64,000 nt of DNA from an uncultured Leptospirales bacterium (GTDB lineage: Bacteria; Spirochaetota; UBA4802; UBA5550), in contig CAZYBU010000001.1 of the NCBI GenBank assembly GCA_964645775.1, forward strand, positions 115,639-179,638, written 5' to 3'. Positions 30,801-39,707 of this stretch are shown here, piece by piece. The notes below the pieces were generated by a model that was not told the origin of the DNA, did not search any database, and saw nothing but the letters and a program-made list of their open reading frames with translations. The position numbers and the translations under genes were made by a program. Positions within the stretch are counted from its first letter, which is position 1; every line of letters begins with the position of its first letter.

Positions 30801-30974
30801 ACGGGAACTGGCACCTGGATACACTGCATAGATGACCATTTTGTCCATGTCGACCGAAGGGTACATCTCCCGGTTGATGTTTGTGCTGCTCATGATACCG
30901 GCAAAAAAGATAAAGATCATGATCAGGTTGACCAGGAGTGTGTTGCCGGCGAAGAAGCGTAGAATGCGATTCAT
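27864..30974 (-). CDS. second RND efflux transporter permease
   Basis: About 1036 aa from MNRILRFFAGN (the ORF extends to 31001). AcrB-like 12-TM topology. Confidence 0.82.
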   Translation of the reverse strand: MNRILRFFAGNTLLVNLIMIFIFFAGIMSSTNINREMYPSVDMDKMVIYAVYPGASSRDVEMNAVIPIEKELRKISGIRYFSSYSIENLGTIALFLDYDLQNKQAVKDEVFRNITTSNIPSISEDVETLKILDLNPKMMGIMHIAVMSRGESEPDEYRLNYQSDKMEELLLKIEGVSSVRKYGYREREVHIDVDLTKMDSYYVSLNNVVDSIRARNVRATGGTLQSLQNEQTIVTIGEFEDPLDVRDVIIRSNFEGKKIRIQDIADVSYGFKQTTSLTRVNSKRAIILEIVKNENADIITTAENVRTFIETDPLIDSEFQAEIINDQSDSISSMLNAVLGNAAIGFILVVLVLLFFLNLRSSFWIAVAIPISLMITLIGMNLYGITLNLVSIAAVVTILGILVDDGIVIGEAIFVERERGLPPLDAAANGVRRVIAPVTVSITTTIVAFLPMLAIKGMMGKVIFIFPLVITVALLASLFEGYFLLPNHLIHGSKKNKQGKALKVTGGGWFSVLEKWYSRFLARVLKFRYFMVLLIIAGLVGTLFISRETIRGFVLFWDDSSDRIYINLEAPDGTSQEYMDTLSLKVEKDLREVVPENEMVSTRIILGTHDVRPGDLKGAHENWSQIIVVLVPRTERDRTAERIIHNLRKEINIDTYPAFTRILYEKMSLGPPTGEPVNIKIIGKDMTLTGKIQKDIEEYLETLPGVFDVTNDQKAGKKELNISFDYERLAQFSLNVATVAQTVRVAYEGSVATSIETIEDTLDFRVQVDERYKRDRKFIENLLIPNQFGRLIRLGEVARIEKQTGKSVINHYNGDRVITITANVDEKQITSSQVAEKVLTRFSQTIQAHPEVSITMGGEAKETEESLGGLGRAFSIAIVMIYFMLTVLFRSVSQPLLIMITIPFSIIGALLAFTLHGIPLTFMGIVGIIGLSGVVVNDNVVMIDFINREIRDNSEFPIKRIIDGARQRLRPVILTTLTTVLGLLPTVYGIGGTSNAIVPTVMAMAYGLLFATVITLLFTPSIYLIHMDIQRLMGRR

Positions 30975-30975
30975 C

Positions 30976-32472
30976 TCAGTAGACCAGGTCCTGGTAATCA
31001 AAATTAAGATCGATAAGCTTACGTCTGATCTGGAGGATTTCGATCTTCTCCTGGGCTATCCGGTTTTCACTGTCCAGGACGTAAGTGAGATTAAGGCGGG
31101 CCATGTTGTATTTTCTGTATTCGGTCCTTAGTTTGGCTTCGAGGGCCTGAAGGTTCAGCTTCTTGTACCGCAGGCTGCGTTTGATACTTTCAGCCATCTC
31201 GCCGATGTTGGAAAGTCCCTGTTCATACTTCCTCCGGGATATCTCGTACTCATGGTTAAGCTGTTTTTTAAGTATTCTGGATTTCCTGTAGTCGGCCTTG
31301 CCTTCATGGTTGCCGATCGGATAGGTCAGCATCAGGCCGACTTCCAGGCCCACGTTTTCGCTGGATGTAAAAATCTTTCCAAAAGCGGCCCCGGCTTCGG
31401 GGTCCATTCCCTTTTTAGATACCTGGGCCATGAGGCTGAGCTGGGGCAGGGTTTTATTTCTGCCGGCTTTCTCAGCCATGTCAAGGCGCCGCATGGAATA
31501 CTGGTATATTCGCCAGTTGCCTGTTTTTTCGAAGGGGACGGGACTGAATTCCCTGGCCATGGATTTTTCTACGTACTTTTCAAAGGTAGATTCATCTGGA
31601 ATATATTTTTCCGTGTCAATGTAGGGATAGAGGTTAACATTTATTTGTTTAAAAGTCGATTTCAGGGTGTTCAACTGGTCCAGGTAGGTGTAGAGTGCCA
31701 GGTTAGATTTATTTACGTCATCCAGGTCGGCCATTCCCGAACGGTAATGACGCTGAACAGTAGCAACGATCCTTCTCGTGTTTGTAATGGTGCCTTCCAG
31801 TATTTCGATGATCCGCTGGTAAAGGATCCAATCGAAATAGAGTTTCCGGTAGTAGGTCTGAATGGATTTTCTGTACTGTTCCTGCCGGATCTTTTCAATT
31901 TCAGATTCAAACTTCGCGTCCTTTTCCGGGAAACGGTCGAGAAGTCCGAAGGAATTATAGAGGAGAGGTTGAGCCACTCCCACGTAGATTACCGGCTGGT
32001 AAAGGGTTTCATCAAAATGACCGCTCAATGAGGCGGGAGGAGACGTGTCATAATCATAGCTGGAATCCAGAATGCCGAATTTTACACCGGTCTTTAATCG
32101 TGTACCTGTTCTGGCGAAAGTCCGGGAAACACCGGTATCGACCTGAAGGCCGTGCACGCGGGAATGCGCGTTTATCTCTCCATCGATGGCAACCCCCAGG
32201 TCCCCGGAGCCGGAAAGAGACATGGAGGTATTGTCTAAAATATACTTTGTCTCCGATTCAAGGGTCCAATCCTCGATCTTTTTTTCTCTGTTGATCTTGT
32301 TTTCGGCCAGCAACTCTTCCATCTCGCTTTTCTTTAGTTCAGGAAGTTCATTTTTAAGAATCTGGCAATACTGTTCAAAGCTGATGGCTGTTTTATTTTC
32401 AGCGCTGTCCCGGGCCTCAAGGGAGAGGGGACTCACGGCAAGGATTATGAAGAGGAGGGTACACTGTTTCAT
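30976..32472 (-). CDS. TolC-like outer membrane efflux protein
   Basis: Start set at MKQCTLLFIILAVSPLSLEA (signal peptide). Two-repeat coiled-coil-rich architecture. Ends 1 nt before the RND start. Confidence 0.55.
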   Translation of the reverse strand: MKQCTLLFIILAVSPLSLEARDSAENKTAISFEQYCQILKNELPELKKSEMEELLAENKINREKKIEDWTLESETKYILDNTSMSLSGSGDLGVAIDGEINAHSRVHGLQVDTGVSRTFARTGTRLKTGVKFGILDSSYDYDTSPPASLSGHFDETLYQPVIYVGVAQPLLYNSFGLLDRFPEKDAKFESEIEKIRQEQYRKSIQTYYRKLYFDWILYQRIIEILEGTITNTRRIVATVQRHYRSGMADLDDVNKSNLALYTYLDQLNTLKSTFKQINVNLYPYIDTEKYIPDESTFEKYVEKSMAREFSPVPFEKTGNWRIYQYSMRRLDMAEKAGRNKTLPQLSLMAQVSKKGMDPEAGAAFGKIFTSSENVGLEVGLMLTYPIGNHEGKADYRKSRILKKQLNHEYEISRRKYEQGLSNIGEMAESIKRSLRYKKLNLQALEAKLRTEYRKYNMARLNLTYVLDSENRIAQEKIEILQIRRKLIDLNFDYQDLVY

Positions 32473-32629
32473 GGTCTTAGGTATCATGTTATAGGCAACC
32501 CGGGTTTGACTGTATAGGACTCGTTGCAATCTAGGCATAAGACAGGGAAAGTTCAACACATTAATCTTCTATTTAAAGTCATGTGAAAATAGCCTTGCAA
32601 AAAATGACGTTACCCTGTTCCCGTAAGCT

Positions 32630-34462
32630 ATGATCTACGCATCAACCATGGAGCTGGTCCGGGGGCTTGAAAAACAGGGCGATCTTATTCGAATAAAGGA
32701 TGAGATAGACCCTTTCCTGGAAATGGGAGAAATCCAGCGCAGGGCCTACAGGTCAGGAGGGCCGGCCCTTCTCTTTGAGCGGGTAAAGGGCTCTCCCTTC
32801 CCGGCTGCCTCAAACCTTTTCGGAACACCGGAACGGATACGGTACATTTTCCGGGACACGATCGATGGAGTGAAAAGGGTCATGGAGATCAAAGGGGACC
32901 CTTCCTCTGTGTCAAAAAATCCACTGAAGGTTCTCTCCCTTCTGCCCGTCCTTTACCATGGTCTTCCGAAAAGGGTCTCGGCCCGTCGCACACCTTCCCT
33001 GTGGAGAACAACAACTCTTGATAAGCTGCCCGGTATTGTCTCCTGGAAAAAGGACGGTGGGCGATACATTACTCTGCCCCAGGTCTACACGGAAGGTCCG
33101 GAGAGCAGAGGCCCCCTGGGATCGAACCTGGGGATGTACAGGGTCCAGCTGGACGGCAACGACTACGGTCCCACGGAGGTGGGGCTGCACTACCAGATAC
33201 ACAGGGGTATCGGGCATCATCATTACGAGCATCTCAGGCGGAAACTTCCGATGCGGGTCAGTATCTTCATCGGGGGGTCTCCCGCCATGACCCTGGCCGC
33301 GGTCATGCCCCTTCCGAAAGACGTTCCCGAGGTTGCCTTCGCCGGACTTTTGGCCGGAAGGCGCTTCCGGTATTCACTTAACGATGGATTTGTCGTTTCG
33401 GCCGACGCGGACTTTGTCATAACGGGATGGATACGTCCCGGCGCGGTTAAACCTGAGGGCCCCTTCGGGGACCACCTGGGATATTACAGCCTTGTTCATG
33501 AGATGCCGGTCATGGAGGTGGAAGCGGTCTATCACCGTAAGGACGCGGTTTGGCCCTTCACGGTCGTAGGACGGCCTCCCCAGGAGGACACGGAATTCGG
33601 TTCCTTTATCCATGATATTACCGGTCCTGCCGTGCCGGCCGAGGTCCCGGGTCTGCATGAGGTCCACGCCGTGGATGAGGCGGGCGTCCATCCCCTGCTC
33701 CTTGCCATAGGATCGGATCATTACGTTCCCTACATGGCACGATCCCGGCCTGCCGAGCTTCTTACTATAGCCAACGGGATCCTCGGTTCTGGCCAGCTAT
33801 CCCTGGCCAAGTTTCTCCTTATCGCCGCCAGGGAGGATGCCGGGACTCTCACGACAAAGGATGTGAAAGGATTCTTTACCCATATCCTGGAGCGCATTCA
33901 GCTGGAGCGGGATATCCATTTTCATACCAATACCACCATCGATACCCTCGATTACTCGGGTGACGGCCTTAACCGGGGTTCAAAAGTTATCCTGGCGGCC
34001 GCTGGCAGGCCTGTCAGGAAACTGAAAGATCGTGTTCCGGAACATCTTACCCTGCCGGCGGGATTTTCCGATCCTGAAGTGATTATGCCGGGTATCATGG
34101 CTGTCAGGGGACCGGATTTTGAAAAGGAAGGTGATGAGATGGACCGCCTCACGCTCCACCTGGAACAGGTCCGAAAGATGGACGATTTTCCTGTGATCGT
34201 TGTTGTAAATGACAGCCGGTTCTGCGCCGGGGACTTCAGCAACTTTCTCTGGGTGACCTTTACCCGGTCCAACCCCGCTTCAGATATCTACGGAGTCAGG
34301 AGTTTCACGGAGAACAAACACTGGGGCTGTCACGGTCCCCTGCTCCTGGATGCCCGCGTAAAGTCCCATCACGCGCCTTCTCTGGAGGAGGACCCGGATG
34401 TAAACGAGCGGGTGGACCGGATTATCGAAGCGTGCCCGGAGATTGTGAAAAAGAGCGGGTAA
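32630..34462 (+). CDS. UbiD-family (prenylated-FMN) decarboxylase with extended C-terminus
   Basis: 610 aa. N-terminal ...LVRGLEKQGDLIRIKDEIDPFLEMGEIQRRAY...GPALLFERVKGS is typical of UbiD. Confidence 0.8.
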   Translation: MIYASTMELVRGLEKQGDLIRIKDEIDPFLEMGEIQRRAYRSGGPALLFERVKGSPFPAASNLFGTPERIRYIFRDTIDGVKRVMEIKGDPSSVSKNPLKVLSLLPVLYHGLPKRVSARRTPSLWRTTTLDKLPGIVSWKKDGGRYITLPQVYTEGPESRGPLGSNLGMYRVQLDGNDYGPTEVGLHYQIHRGIGHHHYEHLRRKLPMRVSIFIGGSPAMTLAAVMPLPKDVPEVAFAGLLAGRRFRYSLNDGFVVSADADFVITGWIRPGAVKPEGPFGDHLGYYSLVHEMPVMEVEAVYHRKDAVWPFTVVGRPPQEDTEFGSFIHDITGPAVPAEVPGLHEVHAVDEAGVHPLLLAIGSDHYVPYMARSRPAELLTIANGILGSGQLSLAKFLLIAAREDAGTLTTKDVKGFFTHILERIQLERDIHFHTNTTIDTLDYSGDGLNRGSKVILAAAGRPVRKLKDRVPEHLTLPAGFSDPEVIMPGIMAVRGPDFEKEGDEMDRLTLHLEQVRKMDDFPVIVVVNDSRFCAGDFSNFLWVTFTRSNPASDIYGVRSFTENKHWGCHGPLLLDARVKSHHAPSLEEDPDVNERVDRIIEACPEIVKKSG

Positions 34463-35012
34463 ACTCCAGCCAGACCTTCAGGTCCAGCTCCGTCGGGGAT
34501 ATCTTTCTCCGGTCCGCCTCTTCGAGGAATATCTTTTCATAGGCCAGGTACTGCTTCCTTGTAAGGGTGGCGTTTGGGACAGGATGGCCCATCCTCCTGA
34601 GAAAGGAGCGGATGTGACGGTCCAGGCCGGCGACCCTGACATTCTTCCTGGCATGCAGGAGAAAACATCGGGAAGTCTTCATGCCTATGCCGGGGATGAT
34701 CTCCAGGTCGTCAACAGTACAGGTGAAGAGATCAATGCCGGAACGGGCCAGAGCAAGGAAGGCGCGGGCCTTCTGGTTGTACTGGCCGATACCCGAATCC
34801 TTCATGAGAAGGGGGATCTCATCCGGGTCAGCATCAAGAAGGGCCTGGAAGGGAGTATGGATCCTTTCAGGATCGAGACGGGACAGGAGCCGTTCAAGAC
34901 CGCGGGACGCGGAGAGGGCTGACTTGTTCGCCGCACATATCCAGAAGAGAAGAACCTCCTGGAGAGAGGACTCATCCCTGTCAAAATCCGTGATATTGGA
35001 AGGATCGACCAT
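34422..35012 (-). CDS. HhH-GPD superfamily DNA glycosylase (endonuclease III-like, no Fe-S cluster)
   Basis: 196 aa. Helix-hairpin-helix LEIIPGIGMKTSRCFLL followed by catalytic Asp (AGLDRHI). Confidence 0.6.
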   Translation of the reverse strand: MVDPSNITDFDRDESSLQEVLLFWICAANKSALSASRGLERLLSRLDPERIHTPFQALLDADPDEIPLLMKDSGIGQYNQKARAFLALARSGIDLFTCTVDDLEIIPGIGMKTSRCFLLHARKNVRVAGLDRHIRSFLRRMGHPVPNATLTRKQYLAYEKIFLEEADRRKISPTELDLKVWLEFTRSFSQSPGTLR

Positions 35013-35032
35013 CCTGCCCTGTCGTACTTCTT

Positions 35033-36613
35033 TCAGTCAGCCTGTTTGCTGTCGGGAAGCAGACGCAGGAGGACCATGCCCGCAAGGAAGGCGGGACCGA
35101 AAATCAGGGAAAGGGACGTTCCCGCCTGGAAAAGGGCCTCCCGGCCAAGGACCAGTGTGAAGAGGCCGGTGGCTTCTCCGGGAATCATGGTGGTAAAGAG
35201 ACCACTGCCGAGATGCAGGAAGATCCAGATCCCCCAGAGGGCCAGGAGAAGGAACAGAGAAGGGTAGAGGAGTATTCTTCCCAGGGCTTGTAGTCTTCGT
35301 CTCAGGGGCGCCCGGTTCATTAAAAGGATTAATAGATACAGAAGGGAAAGTCCCAGAGGAATGTACAGGGCATAAGGTACGTACTGAAAAAGTCTCATGG
35401 CTATGACCAGTTTTTCGGCCGGTTCCCCTTTGAGATTTCTGGTTATTGTGATCTTGCCATGACGAATACTTATCCCCTGCTTTTTCATGATGTTTCGGCC
35501 TATGGCTTCGATCAGTCCCGTTTCTGAAAGACGGAAGACGGCTGTCAGCAGGTTTTTGTTCTGGATACCTTCTGTGGATCGAACCTTCTCCACGAACATA
35601 TCCGCCAGGAGATGCTTCTTTTCTCCTGAATCGCTCCTGACATTAAGGTTGATGGTAATTACTGGAAGGTTGATCTCCTTTGAGTGAAGGATGGTGTATC
35701 CTTTCCGAATCCGGACATCCTTGATGGAACCAATGCGGACCTGTCGTTCGTAGGTGGTGAGGAAAGAAAAGAGCTTTTCGAGCTCAGTGCGAATCTGGCT
35801 GGCGATGACTTTTTCTCTTAGGATATGGTTAAGGGTCGGGGTTAATATATTCAGGTCAGAGTGAAGGGATCCAAGCAGGGAAGAACTCTCTTGTTTCGCT
35901 ATACGTTCCGCCCTCTTTTCGCTCCTTTCAAGTCTCCTGCGGGCTTGATCCAGTTCATCCTTCTTTTTTTTGAGTCTCACTTTCAAAGAAGCGATATCAT
36001 CTTTCCGTTCGTTTCGGATCGTTCGAATAGACATCAGAAGATCTTCCAGTCTCTGAATTTCATTCTTTTTAAACTTCTGGAACGCTTCCTTGTCAGTATA
36101 GAGGTCTTGCATTTCGGACCACTTCAGGTCCCTGGTATCCTCAAGAGATCTCTTTGCTGTCTGGAATTCGGACTCCCTGCCCATTTCCTGGAGACGCTGA
36201 TGGATCGATTCATATTCTTCTTTTATCTGGTCATACCTCTGTTGAACTTCATCGAGGTTTACCTTCTCATCGATCTCCTGTTCGATTTTCCGGTTGGTTT
36301 TCAGGGTTGCTATCTCTACGTAGGTGCCGATAAGGTCTGCTTCGGAAAGAGTTTTTGTATAGAAATCGGGTGATAATAAAAGATTGAGAAAAATGGCTAA
36401 GACCACTGTGACGGGTATAAAGAAAAAGGCCAGAATATTGGATAGATGAAAAAATATTGACGGTCTGCCTTCAGGTGAACGTGACATGGCTGCCTCCAGT
36501 TTCTCTGAAGGAAAATAATCCGGTTGAAGTATTTCAAGCTTTTTTTCAAATGCTCGTAAACCATGTACAGCGGGTAATAATACTTTCCTGAAGATGATTT
36601 TACGTGTAAGCAA
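35033..36613 (-). CDS. membrane protein with long coiled-coil region, unknown function
   Basis: 526 aa. N-terminal TM, about 200 aa of charged heptad-like sequence (EEYESIHQRLQE..., KKKKDELDQARRRLERSEKRAERIAKQE), C-terminal multi-TM segment. Confidence 0.5.
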   Translation of the reverse strand: MLTRKIIFRKVLLPAVHGLRAFEKKLEILQPDYFPSEKLEAAMSRSPEGRPSIFFHLSNILAFFFIPVTVVLAIFLNLLLSPDFYTKTLSEADLIGTYVEIATLKTNRKIEQEIDEKVNLDEVQQRYDQIKEEYESIHQRLQEMGRESEFQTAKRSLEDTRDLKWSEMQDLYTDKEAFQKFKKNEIQRLEDLLMSIRTIRNERKDDIASLKVRLKKKKDELDQARRRLERSEKRAERIAKQESSSLLGSLHSDLNILTPTLNHILREKVIASQIRTELEKLFSFLTTYERQVRIGSIKDVRIRKGYTILHSKEINLPVITINLNVRSDSGEKKHLLADMFVEKVRSTEGIQNKNLLTAVFRLSETGLIEAIGRNIMKKQGISIRHGKITITRNLKGEPAEKLVIAMRLFQYVPYALYIPLGLSLLYLLILLMNRAPLRRRLQALGRILLYPSLFLLLALWGIWIFLHLGSGLFTTMIPGEATGLFTLVLGREALFQAGTSLSLIFGPAFLAGMVLLRLLPDSKQAD

Positions 36614-36714
36614 ACCCCGCCCCCTTCGGCGGCAGGGATGTTAGAGTTTTTTCATTGCAAATAAATCTAAGGGATAAATACGTATATATTAGAAATATGG
36701 AGAGGTAATCGTTT

Positions 36715-37152
36715 ATGCTTTTTCTGGCTTTTATTCTGATTTACGGCTTGCTTATTGCCGCTGTCTACATCGGAGGTGCTTCGTTTGTCGTCATTTTCGA
36801 CGCGCCTACCTTTGCCATTGTTTTACTGCCGGGGCTGCTTCTAATGCTTTTCGGCAGGAAGTGGAAAGCATTCGTTAACGGGCTTCAGGTGATGTGGAAT
36901 CCCGAGGAAACCCTTTCCGGAGACAAACGTCGGGAAGCGAAGGTCTGTTTTGATATGCTCTATAAGGTCACCATGATAGCCGGTTTTACTGGGACACTTA
37001 TCGGTCTGGCTATCCTTATGTCCTCGGCCCCGGATAGTACCAGTTTTCTTAAGGGTTTTTCCGTCGCAATTCTGAGCAGTATCCACGGATTAATTTTCGC
37101 CTTTTTCCTTTATTACCCGGCACTTATAATTATTGAAAGAGGTAAGGACTGA
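36715..37152 (+). CDS. small membrane protein (3-4 TM)
   Basis: 145-aa hydrophobic ORF. RBS GAGAGGTAA upstream. Faint resemblance to MotA/TolQ-type TM hairpins. Confidence 0.45.
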   Translation: MLFLAFILIYGLLIAAVYIGGASFVVIFDAPTFAIVLLPGLLLMLFGRKWKAFVNGLQVMWNPEETLSGDKRREAKVCFDMLYKVTMIAGFTGTLIGLAILMSSAPDSTSFLKGFSVAILSSIHGLIFAFFLYYPALIIIERGKD

Positions 37153-37158
37153 TTTAAC

Positions 37159-38478
37159 TTATTCTACTGTAAAAAACTCTTCCTTGAATTCCGGTTTGTC
37201 TCTGTACTTTTGCATCATGAAGCCAAGGCCCGGTTCAATGTTCTGAAATATGGCGGGGTTCACATCGATCCCCGCTTTTAGCAGGGCTTCCGCCGCCTTT
37301 TCCGGGTCAGGAGGACAACCGGGTATCTCTATGGTTTCCTTGATTACAGGATTGTCTTTGTGTTTACTGCACATGCACTGTCCCAGTAAAACCGTTTTGT
37401 TGTTCCCGGGTTCCGGTTCCATGATTTTGCCTGTCAGTATTTCCACGTTATCCCAGGGTTCACCTTTCCATGCTGCCATTATGGCAGTGATTATGGCGCC
37501 GTTTACGATTGAGCAGTAGGTACAGAGTGTGCTGTCAAACTTTCTGTAGGTAAGACCCTGGATTCCCATCTTCTCCATTTTTCGGTGCAGCTTTTCATCA
37601 TCTGTATAGGGGAAGTCGTACTCATGGTAAGAGGATAATGAATCAATAGATTCTCCCATAATCTCAATGTCAGAAAGGTCGGCAGGTCTGCCCGCTTTCT
37701 TTGCCGCCAGTGCGATATGTGGTACGATTGAAGGTTCATGTCCAAGAATCTTTGCGCCGACCATGTCTGCTGTGAGGATATCATTTGAGGCGATAACTAT
37801 CTCCGATCTCCTGGCTTTGCCGTCCAGGGCCGGGCCTTTTTCCAGAGTGTAGATACCATCTATAACAGAAACGATAGGTGGAAAAATTCCCGGAAGGCTT
37901 GAAATCCAGTAATCCAGAGGATAGTCCATGTCTTCTGAATGGCATTTTTTCCGCGAGGCAATGTTTAAGAGTCCTTTTAAATTTTTCATGGAAAGGCTGA
38001 CCATTGCCTGGGCGTGTGTTTTCAAGACAGGAACATCTACAATCACGTCCGATTCCCGGGCATCTTTGCTTACCCAGAGATTCAGCCTTTCATCTACCTT
38101 AACCCTGTCAAAAGGGCGATCAAAGATGTTTAGTATCTCTACTCCGAATCGTTCACGTATCTTGTTATATCCCAGACTTTCAAAGGCATGTCGTGGTGTC
38201 TCCAGGTCTCCTTCCTTAAATGTGATGATGCCCTCACCGATAACTATCGAGCCAACTTTCAGATCTGATAAATATGAAACGATCTCTTCAATTACCCTGG
38301 ATGTGGTAATTACTCCCCATTTAGGGAAAGTTGCTTTCATGGTCCATAGAACAATATTAGGTTTAACAAAAACCCTGTCCCCGGCTTTTATGGAGTTGAA
38401 AGCACCTGAAAGTTCTATCGCTTTCTTGATGCTTTCATTGTTTTCCGAATATTGAGTAATAGCAGCTTTGTATGACAT
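37159..38478 (-). CDS. DUF362-like protein with C-terminal Cys-rich region
   Basis: 439 aa. N-terminus ...DRVFVKPNIV... is typical of DUF362. C-terminal CTYCS...CMCSKH...PGCPP cysteines. Confidence 0.6.
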   Translation of the reverse strand: MSYKAAITQYSENNESIKKAIELSGAFNSIKAGDRVFVKPNIVLWTMKATFPKWGVITTSRVIEEIVSYLSDLKVGSIVIGEGIITFKEGDLETPRHAFESLGYNKIRERFGVEILNIFDRPFDRVKVDERLNLWVSKDARESDVIVDVPVLKTHAQAMVSLSMKNLKGLLNIASRKKCHSEDMDYPLDYWISSLPGIFPPIVSVIDGIYTLEKGPALDGKARRSEIVIASNDILTADMVGAKILGHEPSIVPHIALAAKKAGRPADLSDIEIMGESIDSLSSYHEYDFPYTDDEKLHRKMEKMGIQGLTYRKFDSTLCTYCSIVNGAIITAIMAAWKGEPWDNVEILTGKIMEPEPGNNKTVLLGQCMCSKHKDNPVIKETIEIPGCPPDPEKAAEALLKAGIDVNPAIFQNIEPGLGFMMQKYRDKPEFKEEFFTVE

Positions 38479-38590
38479 GACTTCCTCCTGTAATAGGGCA
38501 ATGTAACATTCGGTTTTCTCAAGATCAACAGGTAAAATGTGATATAGCCTGATTCAGTTTGATCAGAATTCTGAAAATTGATACAATTAG

Positions 38591-38603
38591 ACCGATAACT
38601 ATC
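38591..38603 (-). repeat. GATAGTTATCGGT motif copy 1 (20 nt upstream of DinB-like gene)
   Basis: Plus-strand accgataactatc. One of four intergenic copies within 2.7 kb. Confidence 0.6.
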
Positions 38604-38622
38604 TATCTCAAAGGATGAGAAT

Positions 38623-39111
38623 ATGGAATATGATCAGGCTCTTCGAGAGCATCTTCTTGTTAATCTTGATAATAGTCAGGCTCATGTGGAATTTGACCAG
38701 GTAATACGAGATTTTCCATTTGAATTAAGTGGAAAAGTAATCGAATCTGTACATCACAGTGCCTGGGATTTAATGTACCATTTGTGGGTTTGCCAGCATG
38801 ATATTATTGAATATGTCCATGATCCACAAAATCATGTTTCTCCTTTATATCCTTCAGGGTTGTGGCCGGATTCCCATGTCCCTGTTTCTGAGGATTTGTG
38901 GAATAAAACTATCTCAGGATATCATAAAGATATGGAATTATTTCGAGAAACAATTAAGTCACCCGATGTGGACCTTTTGGCTCTTTTGCCTCATACAGAA
39001 GGACATACCTTGATGAGGGAAGCGCTTATTATCGGGCGTCATGCGAGTTATCATATAGCGCAACTGGTTGATCTTCGAATGCTACTGGGGATCCCGGTCA
39101 GGGACTGGTAG
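38623..39111 (+). CDS. DinB/YfiT-like four-helix-bundle protein
   Basis: 162 aa. His-containing helices (HHSAWDLMYHLWVCQHD, ASYHIAQLVDLR). Low-GC gene. Confidence 0.55.
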   Translation: MEYDQALREHLLVNLDNSQAHVEFDQVIRDFPFELSGKVIESVHHSAWDLMYHLWVCQHDIIEYVHDPQNHVSPLYPSGLWPDSHVPVSEDLWNKTISGYHKDMELFRETIKSPDVDLLALLPHTEGHTLMREALIIGRHASYHIAQLVDLRMLLGIPVRDW

Positions 39112-39126
39112 AAACGATTCAGATTA

Positions 39127-39570
39127 TTACGGGATGGAATCTGGCATTCCCCAGATTATTTTCCAATACATCCCACCTTGTTTCGTTTCACCGTTAATGA
39201 TTGCATAGCAGGACCCTGGATGGTTATCATTACCTTTTGTTTGATTAATGATTTTCTGGACAAGTCTTTCCAATAATAATTCAATTGCCTCTGCCAGAAA
39301 CAGGGAAACCGATTGTTTTAACACTTTCCTGACATCCAGTAGTAGCTCATAGTCATTTTCGCTCAAATCCAAATGAAACCTGATCCAGTTCGAATCCTTT
39401 CTTCTTGGTTGGTATCTGATTCTGGAGAATGAATAGGATTTTCTAACAAGGGGTACCGATTCCCGAATTAAAAGGCTAATTATCTGTTTTAGATTTAAAC
39501 CTGTCCGGGCAGCAGCCTGATCAATAATCCTGCGATTTTCCCTCAGCAAACAAACAGTTGTTTCAATCAT
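39127..39570 (-). CDS. small putative DNA-binding protein (RHH/HTH-like N-terminus)
   Basis: 147 aa. N-terminal RRIIDQAAARTGLNLKQIISLLIRES resembles a ribbon-helix-helix or HTH motif. Low GC. Confidence 0.4.
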   Translation of the reverse strand: MIETTVCLLRENRRIIDQAAARTGLNLKQIISLLIRESVPLVRKSYSFSRIRYQPRRKDSNWIRFHLDLSENDYELLLDVRKVLKQSVSLFLAEAIELLLERLVQKIINQTKGNDNHPGSCYAIINGETKQGGMYWKIIWGMPDSIP

Positions 39571-39589
39571 TGATTTCTCCTTAACTGTT

Positions 39590-39612
39590 TTTTATATGGT
39601 ACACGTCAAAAT
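39590..39612 (-). promoter_or_regulatory. conserved 23-nt upstream element, copy 2 (20 nt upstream of the 147-aa gene)
   Basis: ttttatatggtacacgtcaaaat. 20/23 identical to 15680-15702 with the same spacing to a minus-strand start codon. Confidence 0.4.
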
Positions 39613-39633
39613 TAAGAAATGTGAAAAAAATCT

Positions 39634-39665
39634 GGATAGTTATCGGTTCCACCGGTAACTAACGG
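39634..39665 (+). repeat. GATAGTTATCGGT motif copy 2, here as a near-palindromic double site
   Basis: ggatagttatcggttccaccggtaactaacgg contains GTTATCGGT-TCC-ACCGGTAAC, an inverted repeat with one mismatch. Confidence 0.6.
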
Positions 39666-39707
39666 TTTTCCTTTGCATATGGAGGTAAAGATAGCCATCC
39701 TGCGCCG

